From an uncultured Ignavibacteria bacterium (GTDB taxonomy: Bacteria > Bacteroidota > Ignavibacteria > Kapaibacteriales > UBA2268): a stretch of 64,000 nucleotides of DNA. The stretch spans positions 11,716 through 75,715 of the forward strand of contig CAIOZA010000024.1 in the NCBI GenBank assembly GCA_903862655.1. The letters are read 5' to 3'. The first letter of the stretch is position 1. Each line of letters opens with the position of its first letter. Of the stretch, positions 10,492 through 20,089 are shown piece by piece. A program made the translations under genes and the position numbers. Below the pieces are notes generated by a model. That model was not told the DNA's origin. It ran no database searches and saw nothing but the letters and a program-made list of their open reading frames with translations.

Positions 10492-10737
10492 TATTAGTGC
10501 TTTAGATTTAATGCTGTTATTATTAAAATTCTGTTCAATAAGCAGAGTTAGACGATGAACAGGGCTTTTGATTTAAAATTGCTTAGTTGAACTTTTTCCT
10601 ATCTTGGTGAATGGAGTATTTTATTTAGATAAAAAAATATTCTGCTACCTAGGAGTTGTAGGCTATAAAAATAAAGATTTCGCTTCGAAAGGCAGACGGC
10701 ATCTGCATTCTCAAAATTCGCAGAATTGGCAAAATAT

Positions 10738-13700
10738 TTATCTGTATAATATCAGCTTCGCTGTTTGAACATTTGTTCCATTAGATAATCTGACCAAGTA
10801 CACCCCATCATTCAGTTTATTTGATGATTGATCTGTACCATCGAAGTTCACGATTTTATGTCCTGAAATGATTTCATTGTTAATCAGAGTTTTCACTTGA
10901 TTGCCTGTGACATCGTAAATGCCGAGACTAACCAGTGAAACACCATCACCAACGAAACTTATATGTCCAAAATCCACAACAGGATTGGGAGCGATAGACA
11001 GTTCTGAGCTTGAGAATATCGGCTGATTATTGACACTAACCAATGATTGATCAACGGCAAGAATCTCGAAATCATCTACTAACCCTTCCTGAAGTGAATA
11101 GGGAGTCGATTGATTTGAAGAAGAAGGAGCATCAAAAATGAATTTGACTTGTATAGTCTTAGTGTTTTGGTTGATATATTCAACAAGAGAAATGATTTCC
11201 TCTTCCCATTTGTCTGTTGGATCTTTGCGTGATTCAACTGTTGTCCATGTAAGACCGCTATCGACAGAAACTGAAGTTACCCAATATGTTTCAAATCCGG
11301 GATATGGTAATAAATATGAGTTAGTAAACCATCTGTAATATTTAATAACGGGATTAATTAAGTTAGAAACATCGATAAAAGGCGATACTAATGATGTTTT
11401 ACCATTTGGCATATACTGAGAAAATGAGGATGTAGTTCCTTTAGCGCCAGTTACCCAGCAGTTTAACCCAGCTGGTGTATGATTAAGTCCGGGTTGGATA
11501 ATGCCATATCCGAATGGACTCATGTCAATCTTGTTCGGCTTACCATTCTCCCATTTTCCTTTTGTAGCATTGTCACCAAAAGGTGATGTTTGCCAACCAG
11601 CTGATGTTTCGCAGCTATCTAACTTTACTGATAAAAAACCAACAAGAAATTTAAAAGGAGTTAAGGAAGAATTACCTTTACTGAAATTTATATGATTTTT
11701 GGTTATTGGATCATCTACTGACATGTAGTATTTAACTATAGAGCCAGCCTTTTGAGCCGGAACACTAGCTGAGTAAGAGCCATTGCCATTGAAAGTGGCA
11801 TCTACGGAGTTAGTAGTATTAAAATCATCAATTGACCAAAGAATTTTTACATTCTGAGGAGCAAATCCGGCAACGGAGAGAGCATCAATTTTAAAATTTA
11901 AAGTATAGGGCTTAGCTGTTTCTCTGGTATCAGAGAACTGAGTATGCGAGAAAGACATTTTCATCATTAAGTCAGTGCCGATATGATGATTGTTGAATGC
12001 TTTAACTATTTCCAGATAGTGAGGTGTTCCGTTATTTATATTGCCATCATCGTCATCTGCTAGCAAAGTCTCAATAAACCAGTCAGAAAATGCTTTTCCA
12101 ATATCGGGATCATCAGGCAGTCCATATTTTACAAAGTGAGCAAGATGACGAACATAATCAAGATCTGTAGCTTCTCTTAAATCCCAGAAAGCTCCGCCAA
12201 GTATTTGACCATTATAATGTCCATCGCCCTGCAGGCTGTCTGGAAATATGATTTGGTTCTTTAGGGATCTGATGTACTGGTTTGTATCACCGGGCTTGTA
12301 TCCAAAGCCAACTCTGGGATCATCGAGATTCAAACATGAGAACAGGTCCGCAGTTCCTTCGTTACACGAAAGGTTAACCATTCCATTCGATGCTCCTTTC
12401 TCCTTGTAAAGAAGGAGATTAATGCTGTGTCCATATTCATGGAACAGAACCGACGAACACTCAGAAAGGTTAAATGTTGAAGCTCCGACATCTACAAAAC
12501 TAATAGCCGTGCCCTGTGACATTGCATTAGGCCCGGTATTATAGGGATCAGTGAAATCAATATTTAATGTTAAGACAAAGTCCATGAAAGACATTGATGT
12601 ATCAATTTCCTTAGCGTAGTCATGAATAGTATTTGCATGGTAGAACAAGCTACGTTCGAATTTATGAGAATTACTGTCGTTCCATTCAATTACAAGATTC
12701 TGACCGGGGAATAATCGGGTAGTAAGATTCGCCGTTGCTCTTGGACCCTTATTCATTATGACTTTAGTCCATTTGCTTTCGAATGTAGCATTAACATTTG
12801 TAGTATCGGTAATGTCAACTTCAATCTTTCCATCGCTGTCCGTTGAGTATTTTGTTGAGCCAACTGTTATGAATTGATCGGGCAAATTCTTTATTATTGA
12901 TGGTTCACTGCTGTATTTGATCTTAACCGGAGCAGTAGAAGTTATTGAAGATTGTGCACTCATAGTCATATTCTGTCTCCAGAGTATCCGACCATTCATG
13001 GCGTCGATGTAAGCAAAATAGTTAGCTTGTGTAGCTTCTATCATTATTTCCACTCTGTAAACCAACCTATATTCAGTGTTTTGTCCTATGGTATAAGGTA
13101 AAATGTATAATGTATTATCTACTTTGGATTCATCAGTTGCGACGCTATAATCTAATCCTGTGCTCGCAAGATTTGCAGCTTCTTCGGCTGTGATCGTTGG
13201 ATTTGTAACATTCATTTCAGGAATAGGATAATACTGAGCACTAAATGACCCAAGATTTCCATTGTGGTGAATCTTTAATTCAATTTTTGAAAGAACTACT
13301 TCTAGTCCTTTGTATAGCTGTTTGAATCCGATGTCGAATTTACTATCATGATCCGAAAAGTTTGACAATTCTAGATTCTTTGTATCAACTCCAAACAGAT
13401 TAAAATTTTCAGATAAAAATTTCTTCCCTACTTGAAGTACAGTCTCCTTCTCAAGATTTGGCAAATTGAGGGGAATAGCCTCACCGAAAGCACGGTGAAT
13501 TAATCCTGTAGACTTATCAAAGATAATACTCCACGAACCATACATACCGGTAAAGGCTTTCCATTCAGGAGTTATATCCGGATTCGCAACTAATTTTAAT
13601 TTAATCAGCTCAGGATTGGCTTGAGCAGGCAATTGAATATTTCCATTACCATAAACCAGATTATTATCTGGATTATTAGAAATGGCAGATTGTGCTAATA

Positions 13701-13785
13701 TCGTTGCTGTGCAAAGGATAGAAGCCAGAATAACATTTATGTACTTCATATATTTAACTGAAATATTTATAAATTCCATTTTCAT
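10738..13785 (-). CDS. secreted thermolysin-like (M4/M36-type gluzincin) zinc metalloprotease with T9SS C-terminal sorting domain
   Basis: 1015 aa with a signal peptide. HEYGH (HExxH) is followed 23 aa later by NEGTAD, the Glu third zinc ligand of gluzincins. The C-terminal ~80 aa (…GVYLVRLSNGTNVQTAKLILYR) match the T9SS CTD pattern seen in the four cargo proteins at 55-64 kb. Confidence 0.7.
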   Translation of the reverse strand: MKMEFINISVKYMKYINVILASILCTATILAQSAISNNPDNNLVYGNGNIQLPAQANPELIKLKLVANPDITPEWKAFTGMYGSWSIIFDKSTGLIHRAFGEAIPLNLPNLEKETVLQVGKKFLSENFNLFGVDTKNLELSNFSDHDSKFDIGFKQLYKGLEVVLSKIELKIHHNGNLGSFSAQYYPIPEMNVTNPTITAEEAANLASTGLDYSVATDESKVDNTLYILPYTIGQNTEYRLVYRVEIMIEATQANYFAYIDAMNGRILWRQNMTMSAQSSITSTAPVKIKYSSEPSIIKNLPDQFITVGSTKYSTDSDGKIEVDITDTTNVNATFESKWTKVIMNKGPRATANLTTRLFPGQNLVIEWNDSNSHKFERSLFYHANTIHDYAKEIDTSMSFMDFVLTLNIDFTDPYNTGPNAMSQGTAISFVDVGASTFNLSECSSVLFHEYGHSINLLLYKEKGASNGMVNLSCNEGTADLFSCLNLDDPRVGFGYKPGDTNQYIRSLKNQIIFPDSLQGDGHYNGQILGGAFWDLREATDLDYVRHLAHFVKYGLPDDPDIGKAFSDWFIETLLADDDDGNINNGTPHYLEIVKAFNNHHIGTDLMMKMSFSHTQFSDTRETAKPYTLNFKIDALSVAGFAPQNVKILWSIDDFNTTNSVDATFNGNGSYSASVPAQKAGSIVKYYMSVDDPITKNHINFSKGNSSLTPFKFLVGFLSVKLDSCETSAGWQTSPFGDNATKGKWENGKPNKIDMSPFGYGIIQPGLNHTPAGLNCWVTGAKGTTSSFSQYMPNGKTSLVSPFIDVSNLINPVIKYYRWFTNSYLLPYPGFETYWVTSVSVDSGLTWTTVESRKDPTDKWEEEIISLVEYINQNTKTIQVKFIFDAPSSSNQSTPYSLQEGLVDDFEILAVDQSLVSVNNQPIFSSSELSIAPNPVVDFGHISFVGDGVSLVSLGIYDVTGNQVKTLINNEIISGHKIVNFDGTDQSSNKLNDGVYLVRLSNGTNVQTAKLILYR

Positions 13786-13853
13786 TAATGTAATGACACA
13801 TTAACCATCGGAAAGGTTACAGAATAAATACAAATAAATTATGAATTTGTTAG

Positions 13854-14306
13854 TTAGTTCTCATAAAGAATTTCTGTGTCATAGATTGTTTCGAGCTGCA
13901 GTTTGTGTTTAGCCTCTTCGTCAGCGAGTTTTAGAAGAATTAATTTAATTCTTTGGTCATCAGTTTCTTCTGATAAGGATGTATACATTTTCCATGCATT
14001 TTCTTCGCGCTTGATAGCCGTAATTAGGATTTCCTGAATGGTCAGGTGTGCAGATTCAGCAGGAGTGTGCAGAGTTTCTGATATTCCCAGATTTCTGATG
14101 TCTTGTTTCTGATAGGATTCAAGAGTGGCACTATCAATATTCTGAAGGATCTTCATGTGACCCCATTCCATATTCTCAAGTTCTTTTAATATCACTTTAG
14201 ATGCATCAACCTTAATAATATTCTGAAGATTTCTATAATAATTTGCGGCATCAATTTCCGCTTGAATTGCTTTTTCGATTACTTGTTTAAAATCTGATTC
14301 TGTCAT
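13854..14306 (-). CDS. rubrerythrin-like/ferritin-like diiron domain protein
   Basis: 150 aa. Two E-x(28-33)-E-x-x-H half-sites (ELENMEWGHM and LADEEAKHK) as in the rubrerythrin/ferritin-like four-helix bundle. Confidence 0.55.
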   Translation of the reverse strand: MTESDFKQVIEKAIQAEIDAANYYRNLQNIIKVDASKVILKELENMEWGHMKILQNIDSATLESYQKQDIRNLGISETLHTPAESAHLTIQEILITAIKREENAWKMYTSLSEETDDQRIKLILLKLADEEAKHKLQLETIYDTEILYEN

Positions 14307-14382
14307 GTGTTCTCCTGATTATTTTATTAAGAAATATATACATAGAATATGAAATAACTGTCTGTCATGTGCAAGAGTAATT

Positions 14383-14479
14383 GTCATTCAGGAGAAGCAT
14401 AGCGACTGAAGAGCCCTAGGCCTGCGAACCGCATCCAGTATCCATTCGATCTGGATTCTTCAATTCGTTCAGAATGACA
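14383..14479 (+). repeat. MITE-like palindromic repeat element, copy B
   Basis: GTCATTCAGGAGAAGCATAGCGAC...GCATCCAGTATCCATTCGATCTGGATTC...TTCGTTCAGAATGACA. Same family and orientation as 8408..8506. Intergenic between the ferritin and rubrerythrin-like genes. Confidence 0.7.
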
Positions 14480-14503
14480 ATTTTTTAGGAAAACCTAATT
14501 TAC

Positions 14504-15016
14504 CTATGCCTTTATAACCGGAGGAGTGAACACTCTGGTTTTTAATTCATTATCGAGCATAATAATGCCGGCAGTAAAATCGCCTATAAGCTTGATCTTC
14601 TCGACTATTTCGTTCACTGTTTCTTCTTCTTCCACTTGCTCGGTAATGAACCATTGGAGGAGGATATTTGTAGCATGATCGCTTTCTTTGATAGCAAGAT
14701 CAGTTAATTTATTAATGCTCTCGGTTATGGATTGTTCGTGCTTGTAAGCAGCCTGGAATGCTGCGAGCGGGGAATCCCATTTTGACTCTGGAGCTGCCAG
14801 AGCTGAAATTTTAGGAGATCCGCCTCTTGCCAATAAATAATCAAAAAACCTCATTGAATGGAATGTTTCTTCCTGAACCTGAATGCGCATCCAGTTTGCA
14901 AATCCTGCAAGATTTACTGACTGGAAATATGCTGACATTGAGAGGTAGAGATTAGCTGAGAACATCTCTTTTGATATTTGCTCATTGATTGCATCGGCTA
15001 TTGTCGTCTTAATCAT
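14504..15016 (-). CDS. ftn: non-heme ferritin
   Basis: ORF track 14504..15058. From the internal Met, MIKTTIADAINEQISKEMFSANLYLSMSAYF aligns with the bacterial FtnA N-terminus (…LNEQ.N.E…S.LYL.MS). Ferroxidase Glu/His residues conserved (EETFHSMRF, YKHEQ, DHAT…QWFITEQ.EEE). Confidence 0.8.
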   Translation of the reverse strand: MIKTTIADAINEQISKEMFSANLYLSMSAYFQSVNLAGFANWMRIQVQEETFHSMRFFDYLLARGGSPKISALAAPESKWDSPLAAFQAAYKHEQSITESINKLTDLAIKESDHATNILLQWFITEQVEEEETVNEIVEKIKLIGDFTAGIIMLDNELKTRVFTPPVIKA

Positions 15017-15084
15017 ATTAAATCCTTTTTCTAAAATTGTGTAATAATTTTTATTCAATAAACGTAAAATGTTAATTCCTATTC

Positions 15085-16527
15085 TTAAATCATACGATAA
15101 ATTTTTGGTAGTGAAACTTCAAATAATGTTCCGGGTCTTCCTTCCTCTTGAAGGGGAGACGGAGAAGTCAAGGAAATTGTCCCATGATATTTAATAATAA
15201 CCTCGCGAACAAAGGACAGACCGAGTCCTGAACCTTCAATCCCTTTTTCTCTGGACAAAGAAGTTCTGAAAAAATTAGTGAATATTTTATCTTTATCTTT
15301 ATCGGGAATTCCTATCCCATTGTCAGACACAGAAATTAGTACATCATCCTTCTCTTCAACTAAGTCAATCCGGATTTGTCCACTCTGCTCTGTATATTTG
15401 ATGGAATTTGAGACAAGATTTGCCAGAGATAGTTTTAATAACTTGGGTTCTGCCTGAACAGAGATTTCATCCTTTTCCTCATGATTGAATATTAGATTCT
15501 GCTCCTTGGAGCTGATGAGCACACTAGTATCATTAATGATTTCATCAAATAATTCAATCAAATTTACATTGCTTATATCTTCAACGTTAGATTCAATCTT
15601 CAGCTGTGAAATATAGAGGATATCGTTAATTGTAGAAATAGCATTAGTTAATCTTACTTTTGATCTCTCCAATGGCTGTTGTATCTTTGCCTCTATTTCG
15701 CCAATAGTTCCATTAAGTATCATATTCAGGTAGGTCGTAGCTGCTGCTATTGGAGTTTTAAGATCATGAACAACGGTCATAACGTACCTTGATTTAGTTT
15801 TTTCTGCTATTTCGAGTTCAGCATAAGCCAGAGTAAGCTTGTATTCCCGAATATAAAGTTCCTGGGCTATCGAGTTAGCCAGATAGGTTGCAAGGTAAAG
15901 CCCAATGCCGAAAATAGTATAGAAAAACAGAAGATAACCAGTATTGGTATGTAACTCCAATTGTATCACATTGAATGAATAATGATAAATCAAGCCTTTC
16001 ATTTCAAGATAAGATCCGGTAATTGTTATCGCAAGAGTTACAGTATTGATTAGATTTACAACTGCTCCCGGCAGAATCAAACTCCCGATGATGACATGAA
16101 AAAGAAAAAAAGCATACAATGGGGTTTCTACTCCGCCAGTAAAATATATAAAGGCTAATAATGAAGCGTAATCGCAGAGAATCTGAATAAGAGAAAAGTG
16201 CAGGTCGTGGAATTTATGCACCTGCTCATAGTCTGATCGTTTAGGATATTTTTGCTTCTCGCGTTCAAGATACTTACTTACAAAAAGGAAGAAAATGTTA
16301 TAGCCAAGTATTGATGCGGCAACTATCCAGATTGGACCCGGGTTGAGCTGAAGTGATTTAAAGGAACTTTCAATCAGATTGATTCCGTATATAAGAAAAA
16401 GTAGAAGAGCCACAGCTCCGTACCGCAATTTGATTAACCACATATTGCGTCTGCCGATCCGGAACCAAAATTGGTCGTGCTGTATTCTGTCAGGAACCAG
16501 ATTAAATATCGACAACATAAAAGACAT
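15085..16527 (-). CDS. membrane-bound sensor histidine kinase
   Basis: Multiple N-terminal TM helices. HisKA H-box VVHDLKTPIAAA. HATPase_c N/G boxes (LVSNSIKYT, SDNGIGIP, GSGLGLSFV). Confidence 0.8.
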   Translation of the reverse strand: MSFMLSIFNLVPDRIQHDQFWFRIGRRNMWLIKLRYGAVALLLFLIYGINLIESSFKSLQLNPGPIWIVAASILGYNIFFLFVSKYLEREKQKYPKRSDYEQVHKFHDLHFSLIQILCDYASLLAFIYFTGGVETPLYAFFLFHVIIGSLILPGAVVNLINTVTLAITITGSYLEMKGLIYHYSFNVIQLELHTNTGYLLFFYTIFGIGLYLATYLANSIAQELYIREYKLTLAYAELEIAEKTKSRYVMTVVHDLKTPIAAATTYLNMILNGTIGEIEAKIQQPLERSKVRLTNAISTINDILYISQLKIESNVEDISNVNLIELFDEIINDTSVLISSKEQNLIFNHEEKDEISVQAEPKLLKLSLANLVSNSIKYTEQSGQIRIDLVEEKDDVLISVSDNGIGIPDKDKDKIFTNFFRTSLSREKGIEGSGLGLSFVREVIIKYHGTISLTSPSPLQEEGRPGTLFEVSLPKIYRMI

Positions 16528-16831
16528 TCATATCATTTACTACAGATTTATTCAAAATAGCAATTTTAATTCATTTTACAAAAATTAATGATCTCATTTT
16601 TAATTCGGGGAATGCATAATCTGTAATCAATTTTACTGGGTTTTCATATATTCATGGTATTTCATAAGAAGTGTCGTGTTTCCAAGAATCAAAAAAGTTA
16701 GGCTGCACTATCTGAACCATTAGGGTAATTACTATTGGGGATTATTCCTTTTTCAATGATTCTGCTATAGAGATATGATTAAGATTTTGCTACTGCGTAG
16801 CTCAATATATATTTGGTACAAGATATTTTAT

Positions 16832-19114
16832 TTACTTCATGTGAGAGCCGATCGTAGACAGAAATACCTCCCGGTCTAACGGTTTTGGGATAAAACCGGA
16901 GCAACCAGCTTCATAACAGATTGTTTTATTCTCTTCGAATGCAAAAGCAGTCTGAGCAATTATTATAGCTTTAGGATTAATTTCAAGCAGCTTTTTTGCA
17001 ACAGAATATCCGTTTAAGTCCGGTAACTGAATATCTAAGAGTAAGATATCTATACCTGGATTATTTTTGTAAATTTCAATTGCACTGCTACCGTTGTAGG
17101 CAACTAGATACTTAGCTTTGGTACTTTCTAAGTATTTAAGTATCAATTTTACATTGAATTCATCATCTTCAATCAAAAGAATTGTTTTACCAGACCAATC
17201 ATAAAGTGACCTGTTAGATTGGGTATTAGGAATTTTATGTGGCATAATAGGATAATATGGAATTGTGAAATAAACTGTCGTGCCTTTACCGGCAACTGAT
17301 TTAACCCAGATATTGCCGTTCATCAGCTCTACCAGACCTTTGGCGATAGCAAGTCCAAGTCCAGACCCACCAAATCTTCTACTTAGTGTTTCATCATTAC
17401 CTTGTCGGAAACGTTCGAAAATAATTTCCATTTTTTCGGCTTCTATGCCTATTCCTGTATCGGAAACATAAAATTGAAGTTTATCATCCGGAATGTCTTC
17501 AACTCCAAATTCGACTTTACCGGAATCGGTAAATTTTACAGCATTTGAAATCAGATTGTTCAATATCTGTCTGAGTCTGGTTTGATCGGCTAAGATTGTA
17601 AACTTTTCATTCAGAGTTTTTCCGATAATAAATTCGAATTTTTGTTTATTAACAACAGCATCTGTGATGGCGTAAGTGGAATAAATTTCGTAAAGAAGTT
17701 TATTGATGTCCAGTTCAGTTTGCTTGAGAATTAGCTGATTTGCCTCGATTTTTGAAATTTCAAGTATATCGTTGATAATATTAATCAAATCATTACTGCC
17801 TTTAGTGATGAATTGAATATACTCATGCCTTTCTTCCCCAGTCAAATCATCAGAATCCAATAGTTGGGCAAATCCAATTATGCCATTCATTGGTGTACGG
17901 ATTTCGTGGGACATATTTGCAAGGAATGCTGACTTCAGCCGGTCGGACTCTTCGGCTTTCTCTTTTGCTTTAAGCAGTTCATTTTCTAGTTTTTTACGTT
18001 CACTGATGTCGCGTGTAATTGATAAGATATGTTGAGCATTATTGATCATAATCATTCTGGCAGACATTAATCCTGTTATGATTTGACCATTTTTGAGTTT
18101 AAAAGAGGCTTCCAGATTTTCAATATATCCATTCTCTATTAATAATTTCACAAAAAATTCTCTTTCCTGAGGATTTACCCACAGATCAATATCTAAAGAT
18201 GACTTGCCAATCACATCTTCACGAGTGAATCCCGTTAGTCTGCAAAATCCTTCATTAATATCGACAAAAACACCATCGAGATCATTTATGTTAATCGAAT
18301 CGGGGCTAATGTAAAAGGTAGACTTATATCGTTCTTCACTCTCGGCTACCTTTGCGTTAGCAGAGATTCTGTTTGTAATTTCTTTGCTGATTAGTTTGTA
18401 TGAATAGAAAAGGAAAGAAACAAATACTAACCAGATTGCAAGATGAGATACAGCATTAACTCTTGAATTAAATCCTGCTATTTTATAATACTTTTCCATA
18501 GGTATTGAGCAGCTCATACCTCCGCGAACATCTCCTTCCTTATATCCCTGGGAAGCATGGCATTTCAAGCATTTTTTCTCGGTCGTGAAAGAATGAATAT
18601 ACCTAAGATATTCTTTGCCATTAATTTGTTCGATTGAAGAATACTCGTTTGTTTTACCTGCTTCGAATATTCTAAGAGCAGATGATTCCCATTGATCCGC
18701 TTTGTTCTGCGGTCTAATAGGTTTCAAACTAGTAATATGGCTCTTTATGCCATATTGAGAATCACCAAGAGAATATACTTGTCTTGTCATGTAGGCAGGA
18801 TTCATCAGAGTCAGCTTAACGCCTGATGGAGTTTCGATATCACGCTCTTTGATGTTCTCTAAATATTCATTTGGTGGTGTTTCGGGAGTAACCGGCACGT
18901 AGATACCTCCATGCATAGTTGCCCATCTTCTGTATACAATGTCTTTCTGGTAATTACTTACGGCTTCGATTTTAGCATTTTCTCTTGCAACACGGTATTC
19001 AGCAATAGTTCTCATTATATATGAGAATGAAAATATCAGAGTGCACACAACGAAAACAATAAGAAATAAAATACCTGTTAACTTAATTTCTTTTGGATTA
19101 TTCTTAAAAGCCAT
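16832..19114 (-). CDS. hybrid sensor histidine kinase/response regulator with periplasmic heme-c (CxxCH, Tll0287/DUF3365-like) sensor domain and PAS domain
   Basis: TM1, then a ~180-aa periplasmic domain containing CLKCH (nt 18557..18571), then TM2, a PAS domain, HisKA (MSHEIRTPMNGIIGF), HATPase_c, and a C-terminal receiver (ILLIEDDEFN…LLLDIQLPDLNG). Confidence 0.8.
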   Translation of the reverse strand: MAFKNNPKEIKLTGILFLIVFVVCTLIFSFSYIMRTIAEYRVARENAKIEAVSNYQKDIVYRRWATMHGGIYVPVTPETPPNEYLENIKERDIETPSGVKLTLMNPAYMTRQVYSLGDSQYGIKSHITSLKPIRPQNKADQWESSALRIFEAGKTNEYSSIEQINGKEYLRYIHSFTTEKKCLKCHASQGYKEGDVRGGMSCSIPMEKYYKIAGFNSRVNAVSHLAIWLVFVSFLFYSYKLISKEITNRISANAKVAESEERYKSTFYISPDSININDLDGVFVDINEGFCRLTGFTREDVIGKSSLDIDLWVNPQEREFFVKLLIENGYIENLEASFKLKNGQIITGLMSARMIMINNAQHILSITRDISERKKLENELLKAKEKAEESDRLKSAFLANMSHEIRTPMNGIIGFAQLLDSDDLTGEERHEYIQFITKGSNDLINIINDILEISKIEANQLILKQTELDINKLLYEIYSTYAITDAVVNKQKFEFIIGKTLNEKFTILADQTRLRQILNNLISNAVKFTDSGKVEFGVEDIPDDKLQFYVSDTGIGIEAEKMEIIFERFRQGNDETLSRRFGGSGLGLAIAKGLVELMNGNIWVKSVAGKGTTVYFTIPYYPIMPHKIPNTQSNRSLYDWSGKTILLIEDDEFNVKLILKYLESTKAKYLVAYNGSSAIEIYKNNPGIDILLLDIQLPDLNGYSVAKKLLEINPKAIIIAQTAFAFEENKTICYEAGCSGFIPKPLDREVFLSTIGSHMK

Positions 19115-19253
19115 TAATTTTCCTTAGTAACAGTAAATCTACCAAATAAAAAAAATCATATCTTCCTAGAGATTACGTTAAGCAAACTACAGGAAGACAA
19201 GAAAGAAATAATTAATACAGAATCAGTTTCTGAACTCTATATCGCCACGGCTA

Positions 19254-19979
19254 TCAAAGCAGTTCTTTTTCTAAAGCATTGAAGTAGATCATATCTACTA
19301 TTTGATCTTCTTCGAACCGTGAGCAATTAATCATTGAGTCATAATATTCCATCTCCGACTTTTTATCAAGAAAGAATCTGATAAAGGTCTCTCTTTGACT
19401 ATCGGTATTTTTTATTATTTCCTTAGCATTTTTTTGGGAAATATGATTAATTTCCATCAAATTCTTCTCACGGAAATTCTTTGGTGCATAGAGCTTGATG
19501 TGCAAAGATTTATGAATTTCGTGAGTGATCATTGACGCAGCTCTGCCTATGATGACGACGTTGCCTTCGAAAGCGAAAGACTTGATTATGTTCTTTAGAG
19601 TAGTAATGATCATGCTATCGCTTACATAGTGAGGTGAGAAAATGGAATTAGCAAGTTCTTCCATAATTGGCGTTTTATGGGCTTCAAAGATGTGGTTCAC
19701 ACTTTCGGGTTTAATCTTTAGCTTGTCGGCTACTTTTTCGAGGATTTCTTTAGTTATATAATTCCAATTATCCTCTTTGCCGGTGGCTTTGTTCATGGCA
19801 TTGATTTTTGATGTCAGTCTTTCAGCTATTCTGCCAGCAAAACAGCCAGTTTCTCTGGAGATAGTAATTACGGGTCCGGCATCCTTTTTTGTCATATCAA
19901 TCTGAAAAAATTGATCAGACAAATACTTTCTGAATACTTGCTCAATTTTCATTTTATCCTCCGATGTTGGGGGTAACAA
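19254..19979 (-). CDS. cytidylate kinase-like family (PF13189-type) P-loop protein
   Basis: N-terminal VITISRETGCFAGRIAERL resembles the ITISRqyGSGG P-loop-like start of the cytidylate-kinase-like family. Function unknown. Start may be the internal MKIEQ at 19952. Confidence 0.45.
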   Translation of the reverse strand: MLPPTSEDKMKIEQVFRKYLSDQFFQIDMTKKDAGPVITISRETGCFAGRIAERLTSKINAMNKATGKEDNWNYITKEILEKVADKLKIKPESVNHIFEAHKTPIMEELANSIFSPHYVSDSMIITTLKNIIKSFAFEGNVVIIGRAASMITHEIHKSLHIKLYAPKNFREKNLMEINHISQKNAKEIIKNTDSQRETFIRFFLDKKSEMEYYDSMINCSRFEEDQIVDMIYFNALEKELL

Positions 19980-20089
19980 CGGTTAAGAGACATAAATGTA
20001 TAGTAAATTAAAAAATTTACGTTATAAAAAAAACAAAAAACTAAGCATTGATAGAGACTGATATGGCAGGAAAAATATTGTAAGTTAAT

